Source of the DNA: Chloroflexota bacterium | GTDB lineage: Bacteria; Chloroflexota; Dehalococcoidia; JACVQG01 | Assembly (NCBI GenBank): GCA_016210545.1 | Contig: JACQTY010000103.1 | Coordinates: 194-64,193, forward strand | DNA length: 64,000 nucleotides | Direction of reading: 5' to 3' | Shown here: piece after piece, positions 39,015 to 47,724 of the stretch | Layout: each line of letters opens with the position of its first letter | Position numbering within the stretch: position 1 is the stretch's first letter | The notes under the pieces: model-generated | The model's database searches: none | Told to the model about the DNA's origin: nothing | What the model saw: the letters and a program-made list of their open reading frames with translations, nothing else | Translations under genes and position numbers: made by a program

Positions 39015-39180
39015 CGCAGCTAGAGTTTTGAAGATCGGGAACAGACGGTTGACGAAAGAGCGCTTTATTGAGGATAGCTCCCTGGCCCTGGTGCCAGTGG
39101 GAATATCACTGGACATAGATACGGAGATGGATATTCTCATGGCCGAAGTATTGCTCGCGGCGAGGAGGAAAGCAGGATGA
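38989..39180 (+). pseudogene. C-terminal remnant of a second NeuA/PseF-like cytidylyltransferase
   Basis: Translation ...RVLKIGNRRLTKERFIEDSSLALVPVGISLDIDTEMDILMAEVLLAARRKAG* aligns to the C-terminus of the 37310-38008 product (...AVYVVGRDWLMAKDWLIGDNSLAFVMAPERSLDIDTEMDLVIAEAFLRGRPG*). Its TGA overlaps the ATG of radical SAM paralog 5 (ATGA). Confidence 0.6.
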
Positions 39181-40679
39181 AAGTGCTGCTCATCCAGCCC
39201 CCCCACGATTTTTGCGGCACGGGACGGCCCCCTGCCTTTTTCCCTTCGGGGCTTGGTTACATTGCTCAACAGATACTCAGCGCTGGCCACGAGGTGCAGG
39301 TACTTGAGATATGGGCCAATGGTCTCATCCAGGACCGAGTACTAGAAGAAATAGACAAGGCCAAGTATGACTTGGTTGGCATAAGCGCCCACTCCAGCCA
39401 GTATGCCTATGTGAAGTGGCTAAGTGCCGAACTCAAGAAGAGGAGCAGCAGCCCTGTAATATTGGGGGGTGCGCTAGCCACCCTGACCCCAGAGATTGTC
39501 CTCGAGCATTCCTGTGTGGATATTTGCGTGGTCAGCGAAGGTGAGGAAACCGTTACTGAATTGTTAGAAAAGCCGGACAGTCTGGATAAGACAGCAGGCA
39601 TATATTTCAAGGATGCAGCGGGGAAGATTCGCAAGGGACCAGTCAGGGCCTATACTAAAGACCTGGATGCTACTCCTTTCCCCGCCTGGGATTTCTTCCC
39701 AATGGACGTATATCTGGCTAACTGCACAGTTCCCGGGCAGAGCCATTTGAAAGCGATTAATGTTATCGCTGGCCGGGGTTGCCCTTATAGCTGCCACTTC
39801 TGCTCTAAGACTTTTACTGGAGCCCGTTTTCGGTCAGTGGACAATATTATGAAAGAGGTCTTGGCGCTGAAGGAAAAGTATGGCATAAAGGGCCTCTTCT
39901 TCGCCGATGAGCTATTGCTTATCAATAAGAGGCGGGTATATGAGCTGTGTGAGGCTATAGAGCCCCTGGGGCTGAAGTGGTATTGTCAGGGACGGGTCAA
40001 CCTGGTAGACTATGAACTTCTGAAACGCATGAAGAAAGCGGGCTGCGTTTCCGTAGGCTATGGCGTGGAATCAGGTAGCCAGACTATCCTGGATAACATG
40101 AAGAAGGAGACAACTGTCGAACAGGGTATCCAGGCGCTTAAGGTTACGGCCAAGGTAGGCCTTCGTGCAGTAGTACAGATGATGTATGCCTACCCCGGCG
40201 AGAATCAGCGGACTGTCCAGGAGACAGTAGATTTTTTCAAGAAAGCGCCGCACGCGGGTTGGATGGCTTTTTCGATTACCACCCCACTGCCTGGCACTCA
40301 ATTGTGGCAAGATGCCATTGACAAAGGCATCATATCGAACGAAGAGAGTTTCCTGGAACGGATGGCGGGAGGCCACAATCCTCGGGCCGAACATGCCAAC
40401 CTTAGCGATCTGACAGAGGATGAGTTCGCTCCTTTACTGCGGCGAGCGCAGAACCAGATCCTGGTCAACTCAATACTCAGACATCCTCTGCTTTCTATGA
40501 GATATACATTTTCGGACACTGTTCACTATGTACGTCGCTTTGGAGCTAAGAAAACATTGGGGGCAGTTTGGGACAGAATAACCATCTTGTTCCCCAAGTT
40601 GAGAATACGCCGCCGCGGAAGTGAAGAAAGCTGTAGCCTCCCTGTGCCTGTCAAAATCAAAGAGGATAACCGGTCGTAG
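39177..40679 (+). CDS. B12-binding domain radical SAM protein, paralog 5
   Basis: MKVLLIQPP..., GGALAT and GCPYSCHFC, YGVESGS. C-terminal extension of about 100 aa. Confidence 0.85.
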   Translation: MKVLLIQPPHDFCGTGRPPAFFPSGLGYIAQQILSAGHEVQVLEIWANGLIQDRVLEEIDKAKYDLVGISAHSSQYAYVKWLSAELKKRSSSPVILGGALATLTPEIVLEHSCVDICVVSEGEETVTELLEKPDSLDKTAGIYFKDAAGKIRKGPVRAYTKDLDATPFPAWDFFPMDVYLANCTVPGQSHLKAINVIAGRGCPYSCHFCSKTFTGARFRSVDNIMKEVLALKEKYGIKGLFFADELLLINKRRVYELCEAIEPLGLKWYCQGRVNLVDYELLKRMKKAGCVSVGYGVESGSQTILDNMKKETTVEQGIQALKVTAKVGLRAVVQMMYAYPGENQRTVQETVDFFKKAPHAGWMAFSITTPLPGTQLWQDAIDKGIISNEESFLERMAGGHNPRAEHANLSDLTEDEFAPLLRRAQNQILVNSILRHPLLSMRYTFSDTVHYVRRFGAKKTLGAVWDRITILFPKLRIRRRGSEESCSLPVPVKIKEDNRS

Positions 40680-41601
40680 AGGGACGTTTTTGGATACTGT
40701 CTCCTGCAATCTCTGCGGTGGTGTTGAGTCTGTTGTCATAGCTACCAAAGGTCGCTATGATAGTTCCTGCGTTTTTGTTCAGTGCCGGTCGTGCGGTCTA
40801 GTGTACATGAACCCGCGCCTTACGACGGACGAATTGGCTGATTTCTATAAGAGAGCCTATCGTGATTTGTATAACCCCGGCTGTACACCTGAAAGATTCG
40901 ATCGCGACACATTGCCGACCGCTGTGGCCAATGTCAAATGGGTTGTGAAGTTCACCAAACCAGGTGGCCCAAAGACAATCTTAGATATTGGCTGTGCTAC
41001 GGGAAACTTCCTGCGCCTCTTGTCAGAGGCTGGTTGGGAGAATTGGGGCGTTGAGCCTGACTCAGGTTATGCTTCTTACGGCCAGTCGAAAGGATTAAGC
41101 ATCATTAATGGCACACTGGAGAATACGAGAATACCCGAATACTGCTTTGACGCGGTGACGATGTTTCATACGCTTGAACACCTGGTTAGTCCGTTAGAGT
41201 CGTTGCACAAGGTACGAAGTCTGCTCAAGCCCGAGGGCAAACTGTTTGTGGTCGTACCCAACCTGAACAATCTTAGCCTTAGAATACGAAAACGCTATGC
41301 AAACTACTACTTCCAGCCGGCGCACAATTATGAGTTTACCATTAGAACACTGAAGCGTATGTTGCAGAGAGCTGGTTTTTCAGTCGTGAGCTGCAAAACC
41401 AGGGGCATACAGATTGGTGTGCCTGGAGGTTTGGACAGGGTGGTAGAGACTTCGCAAGGTACCATGGCTACTTTTTTTCGGCGGTTGCTGGTAATGCCGT
41501 ACAGGTTCACGAGGAACGTAGCCGGGGTCATAGTGGGACTGCCCGGGTGGGGTGAGGAGATACGCGTTGTCGCCAGGAAACAGCCAGAGGCGCATCCATG
41601 A
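40621..41601 (+). CDS. class I SAM-dependent methyltransferase with an N-terminal Zn-ribbon
   Basis: CNLCGG...CRSCG (CxxC x2) followed by ILDIGCATGNFL (motif I) and LKPEGKLFVVVPN. The probable real start is TTG at about 40692 after an AGAGGGA SD. Confidence 0.75.
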   Translation: MKKAVASLCLSKSKRITGRRGTFLDTVSCNLCGGVESVVIATKGRYDSSCVFVQCRSCGLVYMNPRLTTDELADFYKRAYRDLYNPGCTPERFDRDTLPTAVANVKWVVKFTKPGGPKTILDIGCATGNFLRLLSEAGWENWGVEPDSGYASYGQSKGLSIINGTLENTRIPEYCFDAVTMFHTLEHLVSPLESLHKVRSLLKPEGKLFVVVPNLNNLSLRIRKRYANYYFQPAHNYEFTIRTLKRMLQRAGFSVVSCKTRGIQIGVPGGLDRVVETSQGTMATFFRRLLVMPYRFTRNVAGVIVGLPGWGEEIRVVARKQPEAHP

Positions 41602-42692
41602 TACCCATCGCAGAACCCATTCTGGGCGAGGCCGAAATGGCCAACGTAGTCCAGGCGGTGAAGAGCACCTGGATAAGCTCCAAGGGGGAGTTCATCCCTC
41701 TTTTTGAGAAGCAGTTTGCCGGCTATTGCGGAGCAAAACACGGGGTCGCGGTGAGCAACGGCACGGTGGCCCTGCATCTGGCCTTGAAGGCCATGGACAT
41801 AAAAGAGGGTGACGAGGTGATCGTGCCCACGCTCACGTTCATAGCTACGGCTAACGCCGTGCGCTATGTGGGCGCAACCCCCGTCTTTGTGGACTCTCAT
41901 CCTGAGTACTGGTGTATAGACCCCTCCCGAATCAGAGGCAGGATAACTAAGCGAACGAGGGTTATAATCCCGGTGCACCTTTATGGACACCCTTGCGATA
42001 TGGACGCCATAAACACCCTGGCTAAAGAATTTGGCCTCCGGGTAATAGAGGATGCCGCTGAGGCTCATGGGGCGCTCTATAAAGGCAAGAAGGTGGGAGG
42101 GCTAAGCCACATATCCTGTTTCAGCTTCTATGGCAACAAGCTCATCACCACCGGCGAGGGTGGCATGTGTCTTACCAGTGACAGGCTCCTGGCTGAAAGG
42201 ATGCAAGCGCTTAGAGACCACAGCATGAACCCGGTAAAGCGCTACTGGCATGATGAGGTTGGCTTCAATTACCGGATGACTAATATCCAGGCAGCTATCG
42301 GTGTGGCCCAGTTGCAAAGGCTGGACGAGTTTATTGAGCAGAAGCGCCGACTGGTCGGCTGGTACAATTCTCGCCTGGGGGAAGTATCCGGAGTAACTTG
42401 CCCTCCGCAGATGCCCTGGGCCAGAAGTGTCTACTGGATTTACAGCGTGCTGCTCAGTGGGTGTTCCGAGGAGAGACGGGACCGCGTGATGGCGGGGTTG
42501 ATGAAAGATGGCATTGAAACAAGGCCAATCTTCTACCCTATTCATATCCAACCCCCGTACTCAAGCGGGGAACGGTACCCCGAGGCGGAGAGGATTGGGG
42601 CCTGCGGCATCAGTCTGCCCTCAGCGCTGACACTTACTGAAGACAATGTGGATTATGTCTGCCAACGCCTCGTGGCCAGGTTACGGAGTTAG
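41598..42692 (+). CDS. DegT/DnrJ/EryC1/StrS-family aminotransferase (PseC/LegC-like)
   Basis: MIPIAEPILGEAE...SNGTVALHLAL...FSFYGNKLITTGEGGMCLTSD...FNYRMTNIQAAIGVAQL. Confidence 0.85.
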   Translation: MIPIAEPILGEAEMANVVQAVKSTWISSKGEFIPLFEKQFAGYCGAKHGVAVSNGTVALHLALKAMDIKEGDEVIVPTLTFIATANAVRYVGATPVFVDSHPEYWCIDPSRIRGRITKRTRVIIPVHLYGHPCDMDAINTLAKEFGLRVIEDAAEAHGALYKGKKVGGLSHISCFSFYGNKLITTGEGGMCLTSDRLLAERMQALRDHSMNPVKRYWHDEVGFNYRMTNIQAAIGVAQLQRLDEFIEQKRRLVGWYNSRLGEVSGVTCPPQMPWARSVYWIYSVLLSGCSEERRDRVMAGLMKDGIETRPIFYPIHIQPPYSSGERYPEAERIGACGISLPSALTLTEDNVDYVCQRLVARLRS

Positions 42693-42776
42693 ATGTGACG
42701 GGCTTCCATATAACATGAAAACTGTCGGCATGAGCGAAGATCGCTATTTCAGTTTATTAGATGAGCTTTAAGACTA

Positions 42777-43823
42777 ATGAGAATAGAAATTAGGAAAAAG
42801 CTGCTTGGGGATGGGGATCCCTGCTTCATTATTGCTGAAGCTGGGGTAAACCACAACGGCGATTTTGAGGTGGCCAAGAAGCTGGTAGATGCCGCTTTCG
42901 AGGCTGGAGCTAACGCTGTCAAGTTTCAGACCTTCTCGACGGAGAAGCTGGTGACTCAAACCGCTCCCAAACCTGAATATCAAAAGAGGGGAACCCCGGC
43001 AAGGGAGTCCCAATTTAGTATGCTCAAGAGCCTGGAGCTTCCCTTAAAGCAACAGCGGGAACTGAAACTATACGCTGATAGAACAGGCATCATTTTTCTT
43101 TCGACCCCGTATGATGAAGAAAGCGTGGACTTTCTGGTGGAGATAGGTGCGCCTGCCCTGAAAATCAGCTCCGCCGACATAACGAACTTGCCTCTTTTGG
43201 CCTACGCAGCCTCCAAGGGGATTCCCATAATCCTATCTACAGGAATGTCCACTCTCGGGGAGGTGGAGGAGGCGGTTGGCGCCATTAGAGATGCAGGCTC
43301 ACCGCCCCTAGCGTTGTTGCACTGCAATTTCAACTATCCGGCCGCGTACGAGGACGTTAACCTGCGGGCAATGGGCACGTTAAGGCAGGCATTCCAGGTG
43401 CCTGTTGGATACTCCGACCATACCCCTGGGTACGAGGTGTGTCTGGCCGCAGTGGCCCTGGGAGCAGTCATCATCGAGAAGCACTTTACTCTGGACAGGG
43501 GGCTGCCGGGGCCGGACCACAAGGCATCTATCGAGCCCGGCGAAATGAGGGAGCTAGTCGCCGGTATCAGGAAGGTTGAGAAGGCCCTCGGTTCGCCTGT
43601 AAAGCGGCCAAGTGGGGGCGAGATCCCCAACCGGGCCATCTCCCGCAGAAGCATTGTGGCAGCGGTAGACATTGCGGCCGGCGCGACGATCTCACGGGAA
43701 ATGCTCACGGCAAAGCGGCCGGGTAGCGGGCTGCAACCTGCGCATATTGCCGATCTGGTGGGGCGGAAGGCCAGGTATAGCATGAGCAAGGACGAGCTAA
43801 TAGACTGGGAGAAGGTAGAGTAA
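42777..43823 (+). CDS. N-acetylneuraminate synthase family (NeuB/PseI/LegI-like nonulosonic acid synthase)
   Basis: CFIIAEAGVNHNGD, VKFQTF and KISSADITNLPLL, followed by a C-terminal SAF domain (about 60 aa). Confidence 0.85.
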   Translation: MRIEIRKKLLGDGDPCFIIAEAGVNHNGDFEVAKKLVDAAFEAGANAVKFQTFSTEKLVTQTAPKPEYQKRGTPARESQFSMLKSLELPLKQQRELKLYADRTGIIFLSTPYDEESVDFLVEIGAPALKISSADITNLPLLAYAASKGIPIILSTGMSTLGEVEEAVGAIRDAGSPPLALLHCNFNYPAAYEDVNLRAMGTLRQAFQVPVGYSDHTPGYEVCLAAVALGAVIIEKHFTLDRGLPGPDHKASIEPGEMRELVAGIRKVEKALGSPVKRPSGGEIPNRAISRRSIVAAVDIAAGATISREMLTAKRPGSGLQPAHIADLVGRKARYSMSKDELIDWEKVE

Positions 43824-44458
43824 TGAAGGTCATCATCGTTGGGGCGGGCGGCCAGGCAAGGGTTGTCTACGAGATACTGAGTCTTGATCGGCGCGTGGAA
43901 GTCGTGGCCTTTGTTGACAACGTATTCCACGGAGCCGACGAAAGGATCATGGGCGTGCCTGTGCTGGGAGACCATTTGGTAGTCGTCAAGCTTATAAAAA
44001 ACGGGGTCAAAGGAGCCATTATCGCTATAGGAGATAACAAGATAAGGGCCGAGCGCTTCGCGGAGTGCAGCGAGATGGGCCTGGAAATGATAAACGCTAT
44101 CGCGCCCACTGCCCACATCGCCCACAGCGCCAGGATTGGGAAGGGGGTGGTACTTGCTACCAGCGCCATCGTCTCCACGGGCGCCCACATTGGCAACAAC
44201 GTAATCATAAACACGGGTGCGATAGTGGAACATGAGGACATTCTTGAAGACCACGTCCATATTGGCCCGGGGACGGTGCTTGCTGGCAGGGTCACCGTAA
44301 AGAGAGGAGCTTTTGTCGGCCTGAGATCCGTGGTGAAGGAAAATATTACCATCGGCGAGAATGTCACCGTGGGGGCCGGCTCTGTAGTGCTGGAAAATAT
44401 TCCCGATAACGCGGTCGTGGCGGGTTCCCCGGCGAGACTGTTGCACTATAGCCAGTAA
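43823..44458 (+). CDS. NeuD/PglD-like hexapeptide-repeat sugar acetyltransferase
   Basis: N-terminal Rossmann-like MKVIIVGAGGQARVV followed by left-handed beta-helix hexapeptide repeats (IGKGVVLATSAIV...IGNNVIINTGAIVEHE...). Confidence 0.8.
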   Translation: MKVIIVGAGGQARVVYEILSLDRRVEVVAFVDNVFHGADERIMGVPVLGDHLVVVKLIKNGVKGAIIAIGDNKIRAERFAECSEMGLEMINAIAPTAHIAHSARIGKGVVLATSAIVSTGAHIGNNVIINTGAIVEHEDILEDHVHIGPGTVLAGRVTVKRGAFVGLRSVVKENITIGENVTVGAGSVVLENIPDNAVVAGSPARLLHYSQ

Positions 44459-44469
44459 GAGGGCGCAAA

Positions 44470-45366
44470 TTGGATGTCTATGTCTCTACAGGTTGCCTCA
44501 AGGATGGAAAGGATGTCATTCGCGTTCTGGATGGCTACCGCTCGGCAAGTTTCCGTTACATCGAGTTGGGAGCGTCCCACGAATACTCTGCGGATATAGT
44601 CGGCTGTCTGGAAAAACAGCCAGCCCGTTTCTTGGTCCACCATTACTTCCCGCCACCGCCCAATGCTTTCGTTCTTAACCTGGCCTCAGCCAGCCCGGAA
44701 ATCCTGTACCGCTCCTTGCAGCAGATCGATCGATCTCTCGATTTGTGCCGCAAACTAGGTTCGCCGTTACTGTCGGTCCACGCCGGATTTACCGCCGACC
44801 CGAGCCCGGGGCTGACATTTGTTGGACACGAGCCGCAACCCTATGAGAAGGCTTTTGACATCTTTGTGGACTCCATAAAGAGAATAGACGCCTCGGCAAG
44901 GGAATACGGGGTCAGGCTGGCGATTGAGAATAATGTGCTAGCCAAATACAATATGGTGAACGGTACAAATCCCTACCTCTTGCTCTGTCGGGCTGAGGAG
45001 TTCGAGGAGTTTTTCAGAAGAGTGCCCTCTGATAACGTAGGCATCTTGCTGGACCTCGGCCATCTCCAGGTTAGCTCGCATAATCTGGGCTTCAACAAAG
45101 ATGGATTTATAGATAAACTGGAGGATAAGGTCTTTGCCCTCCATATTCATGACAATAATGGAGAAAAGGATGAGCATCTGGGCTTGAGACCCGGCTCATG
45201 GGTATGTCGGGTTCTCAAAACAAGAAGCTTCGCCGCGCTCCCCTGGATACTGGAGAGCGCAAACCTAACTATCGCTGAAATTCGACAAAACCTGGAACTC
45301 CTCGATGGTCAGCGATCGCAGATGACACCACTCGGCAACTGTTCGCAAATGAACCGTCCCATTTGA
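44470..45366 (+). CDS. xylose-isomerase-like TIM-barrel sugar phosphate isomerase/epimerase
   Basis: RLAIEN, LLDLGH and ALHIHDN metal-ligand motifs typical of the AP_endonuc_2 / sugar isomerase family. Confidence 0.65.
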   Translation: MDVYVSTGCLKDGKDVIRVLDGYRSASFRYIELGASHEYSADIVGCLEKQPARFLVHHYFPPPPNAFVLNLASASPEILYRSLQQIDRSLDLCRKLGSPLLSVHAGFTADPSPGLTFVGHEPQPYEKAFDIFVDSIKRIDASAREYGVRLAIENNVLAKYNMVNGTNPYLLLCRAEEFEEFFRRVPSDNVGILLDLGHLQVSSHNLGFNKDGFIDKLEDKVFALHIHDNNGEKDEHLGLRPGSWVCRVLKTRSFAALPWILESANLTIAEIRQNLELLDGQRSQMTPLGNCSQMNRPI

Positions 45367-45379
45367 CAGCGAGTCCACC

Positions 45380-46030
45380 GTGCCAATAATCGCAATAATA
45401 GGAATTGACGGCAGCGGCAAGACGACGCAGGCCAGACTCCTGACGCAAAGGCTAACTGAGGCCGGCCTCGCCGCCAGATATATCCGTCCCGACTACGTCC
45501 TCGTCGAGCTTTTGTCGCGACTGAAGTTGCCCCTAGACCGTCTCCTCCCCTCCCCCCGCCAGAGGCGCGCCGGGCCGCAGTCTGATTCCCCGATCGATCA
45601 AAGCAAACGGAACGTAACCGGTCTCGTCATGGGCATAGCCGGCTTCTTCTACGTCTGGATGAGCTACCTTGTCCTCGCCTGGTATGGCCTCGGCGGTAAG
45701 ACAGCCGTCTGCGACCGTTACTTCTACCAGTTCTTTTACGACCTCTATGGCAGCCGCGGCAGCCGGAGAGCGGCCCGGTTCTTCCCCCGGCCTGGAAGGG
45801 CGTACTTTCTGGACGGCAGCCTGGAGCTATTCCGGAGCAGGATGACGAACCCCTTTGACAGGAAGGCCTCGTCGGACTACTACGCCCAGGTGCATTCATT
45901 ACTCAGCGAGATGGCCAGCCGGTACCACTTTACCACAGCGGATGCCGGTCAAGATGCCAGCATTATCAGCGATTTCATCTTCGCCGACTGCAGCCGGAAG
46001 CTCTACGGCCTGGGGCGGAGCGAGGCTTGA
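45380..46030 (+). CDS. thymidylate-kinase-like P-loop kinase with a hydrophobic insertion
   Basis: Walker A IIAIIGIDGSGKTTQ, the DRY-type motif AVCDRYFYQFF and a LID-like RAYFLDGSLELFRSR. A roughly 60-aa insertion contains a hydrophobic helix VTGLVMGIAGFFYVWMSYLVLAWYGL. Confidence 0.5.
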   Translation: MPIIAIIGIDGSGKTTQARLLTQRLTEAGLAARYIRPDYVLVELLSRLKLPLDRLLPSPRQRRAGPQSDSPIDQSKRNVTGLVMGIAGFFYVWMSYLVLAWYGLGGKTAVCDRYFYQFFYDLYGSRGSRRAARFFPRPGRAYFLDGSLELFRSRMTNPFDRKASSDYYAQVHSLLSEMASRYHFTTADAGQDASIISDFIFADCSRKLYGLGRSEA

Positions 46031-47061
46031 CGGTGGACACAGAAGCGTTGCGGTTGCTCCTCTCCCTGGCAGCTCCCGAGGACTACGGTTCCACCGCAAG
46101 GGTCCCGTACGCCTTGGAAAAGGGCCTGGTGAAGCGTGTAGTCCGGCTGGCCAAAGCCAATGGCCTATTCTACTGCGTAGCCCGGGGCATCAATACGCAG
46201 GAACAAGACCTATCGTTCCTGAAAGAGGCGCTGGCCCAGGAAGAGAGAAAGCGTCAGGCATACCTGGAGACCATCCGCCTGCTGAACGACATCGAGGCCA
46301 GGCACGGCATCAGATTCATGCTGATCAAGGCATGTACATCGGTGCCACACGTCCCAAGGGATATCGATATCTTCGTATCCCCCATGGAAAAGTCCAGCTT
46401 CAGCCAAGCCCTCAAAGACTCCGGTTTCAAATGCGTCTACGACAGCCCGGCAGAGTCCTCCTACGCCAGCCCCGGCCATATGGAACTGGACATCTACACC
46501 AGCATCATCTACGCCCACAAGACGTTCTTCGACGAAGACTTCCTGTGGCAGGCCAAGACTATCGAAGAAAAGGACGGACTCAAGTACCCGGCGCTCCAGC
46601 CATATGCCAATTACCCGCTCATCCTAGTGCACAGTCTCTTCGGTCACCGGGTCATGTCCCTCTTGGACTTCCTCCAGCTCCAGTACTTGCGCCGCAGCAT
46701 GCAACCCGATGCCAGCAGGGACTACGCCTACCTGATGGGGTGGGGCAAGGTATTTGACATAGCAGTCGAAAGGTTAGACGTCATCGAGAAGATGGTCAGC
46801 GCTCGGTCGCCGGGGATCTCGTTTCCCTTGCTGTTCGACCAGCGCTTCGTTATGGCGTGCTTCGCTAAACTGGGGGACGGCGGAGAGGACGAGTTCCATG
46901 CCTCACTGTCGCTACGGCTCTCACTATTCATAGACCGGCTGGTCCACGAGCTAAGAAAGTCGCCTTTTTATGAGCCTCTGGAGCGGCTCAAGTTCCCAGG
47001 AAGGGTTGCCACCAACCTGGGCCTCATCGTGCGAAGGTTGAGGGGCGACCGCAAGGCGTAG
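46027..47061 (+). CDS. putative nucleotidyltransferase-fold protein (PF14907-like)
   Basis: MLIKACTSVPHVPRDIDIFVSP resembles the hG[GS]...DxD core of Pol-beta-type NTases. Start overlaps the upstream kinase stop. Confidence 0.4.
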   Translation: MTVDTEALRLLLSLAAPEDYGSTARVPYALEKGLVKRVVRLAKANGLFYCVARGINTQEQDLSFLKEALAQEERKRQAYLETIRLLNDIEARHGIRFMLIKACTSVPHVPRDIDIFVSPMEKSSFSQALKDSGFKCVYDSPAESSYASPGHMELDIYTSIIYAHKTFFDEDFLWQAKTIEEKDGLKYPALQPYANYPLILVHSLFGHRVMSLLDFLQLQYLRRSMQPDASRDYAYLMGWGKVFDIAVERLDVIEKMVSARSPGISFPLLFDQRFVMACFAKLGDGGEDEFHASLSLRLSLFIDRLVHELRKSPFYEPLERLKFPGRVATNLGLIVRRLRGDRKA

Positions 47062-47063
47062 GC

Positions 47064-47294
47064 CTACACACCGCACGCCCTGTTCAATTCGTCCACCAGC
47101 TTGTCGGCGTCCAGGCCGTGGATCTGAGTCGCCTGGGATATGGTCACCGCCCTGGCCATAGTCTTTCGCGCCAGGGGATTGGCCAAAGGCGCAAAACCGT
47201 TCCGGAGGAATACCTCCAGCGCCTTGGGATACTTCTCCAGGACGCTGCCCACTATCATATCCTTGGTTATCTTTGCTGAAGCCATTGTTGCCAC
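47064..47294 (-). CDS. DUF1858 domain protein
   Basis: 76 aa. KITKDMIVGSVLEKYPKALEVFLRNGF...ISQATQIHGLDADKLVDELN matches the DUF1858 hairpin-helix pattern. Confidence 0.55.
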   Translation of the reverse strand: MATMASAKITKDMIVGSVLEKYPKALEVFLRNGFAPLANPLARKTMARAVTISQATQIHGLDADKLVDELNRACGV

Positions 47295-47366
47295 CTCTCC
47301 TCGTCAATTTGTCCCGAACGCACCTACAAGGGACGCCAGAGCCCTGATAGGGGTTCCCCCCCCCGG

Positions 47367-47669
47367 TCACCGGCTGATGCCCAATATCTTCTTCCCCTCG
47401 GGCGAGATGCGCTCTGCAGTCCATCGCGGCTCCCACACCATGTCCACCTGGGCATCCTTCACGCCCTTGAGGGAGAGCACCCGCTTCTTAACGTCATTTG
47501 AAATCGTCGAGTGCAGGGGGCACCCCGGGGCCGTGAGCGTCATCTGCACCCTCACCCTTTCCTCCGACACGTCCACCCCGTAAACGAGACCCAGGTCAAC
47601 TATGTTCAACGGGATCTCGGGGTCGTAGCACTCCTTCAGGACTTCCAGTACCGACTCCTTCGTTACCAT
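47367..47669 (-). CDS. DUF59 / SufT-like FeS-cluster assembly protein (MIP18 family)
   Basis: CYDPEIPLNIVDLGLVY...TLTAPGCPL signature. 100 aa. Confidence 0.7.
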   Translation of the reverse strand: MVTKESVLEVLKECYDPEIPLNIVDLGLVYGVDVSEERVRVQMTLTAPGCPLHSTISNDVKKRVLSLKGVKDAQVDMVWEPRWTAERISPEGKKILGISR

Positions 47670-47724
47670 GAAAGGACCTCCTCCATCGCTTATCTAAGCC
47701 TGTCCGCCGTCTACTGACGGCCGG

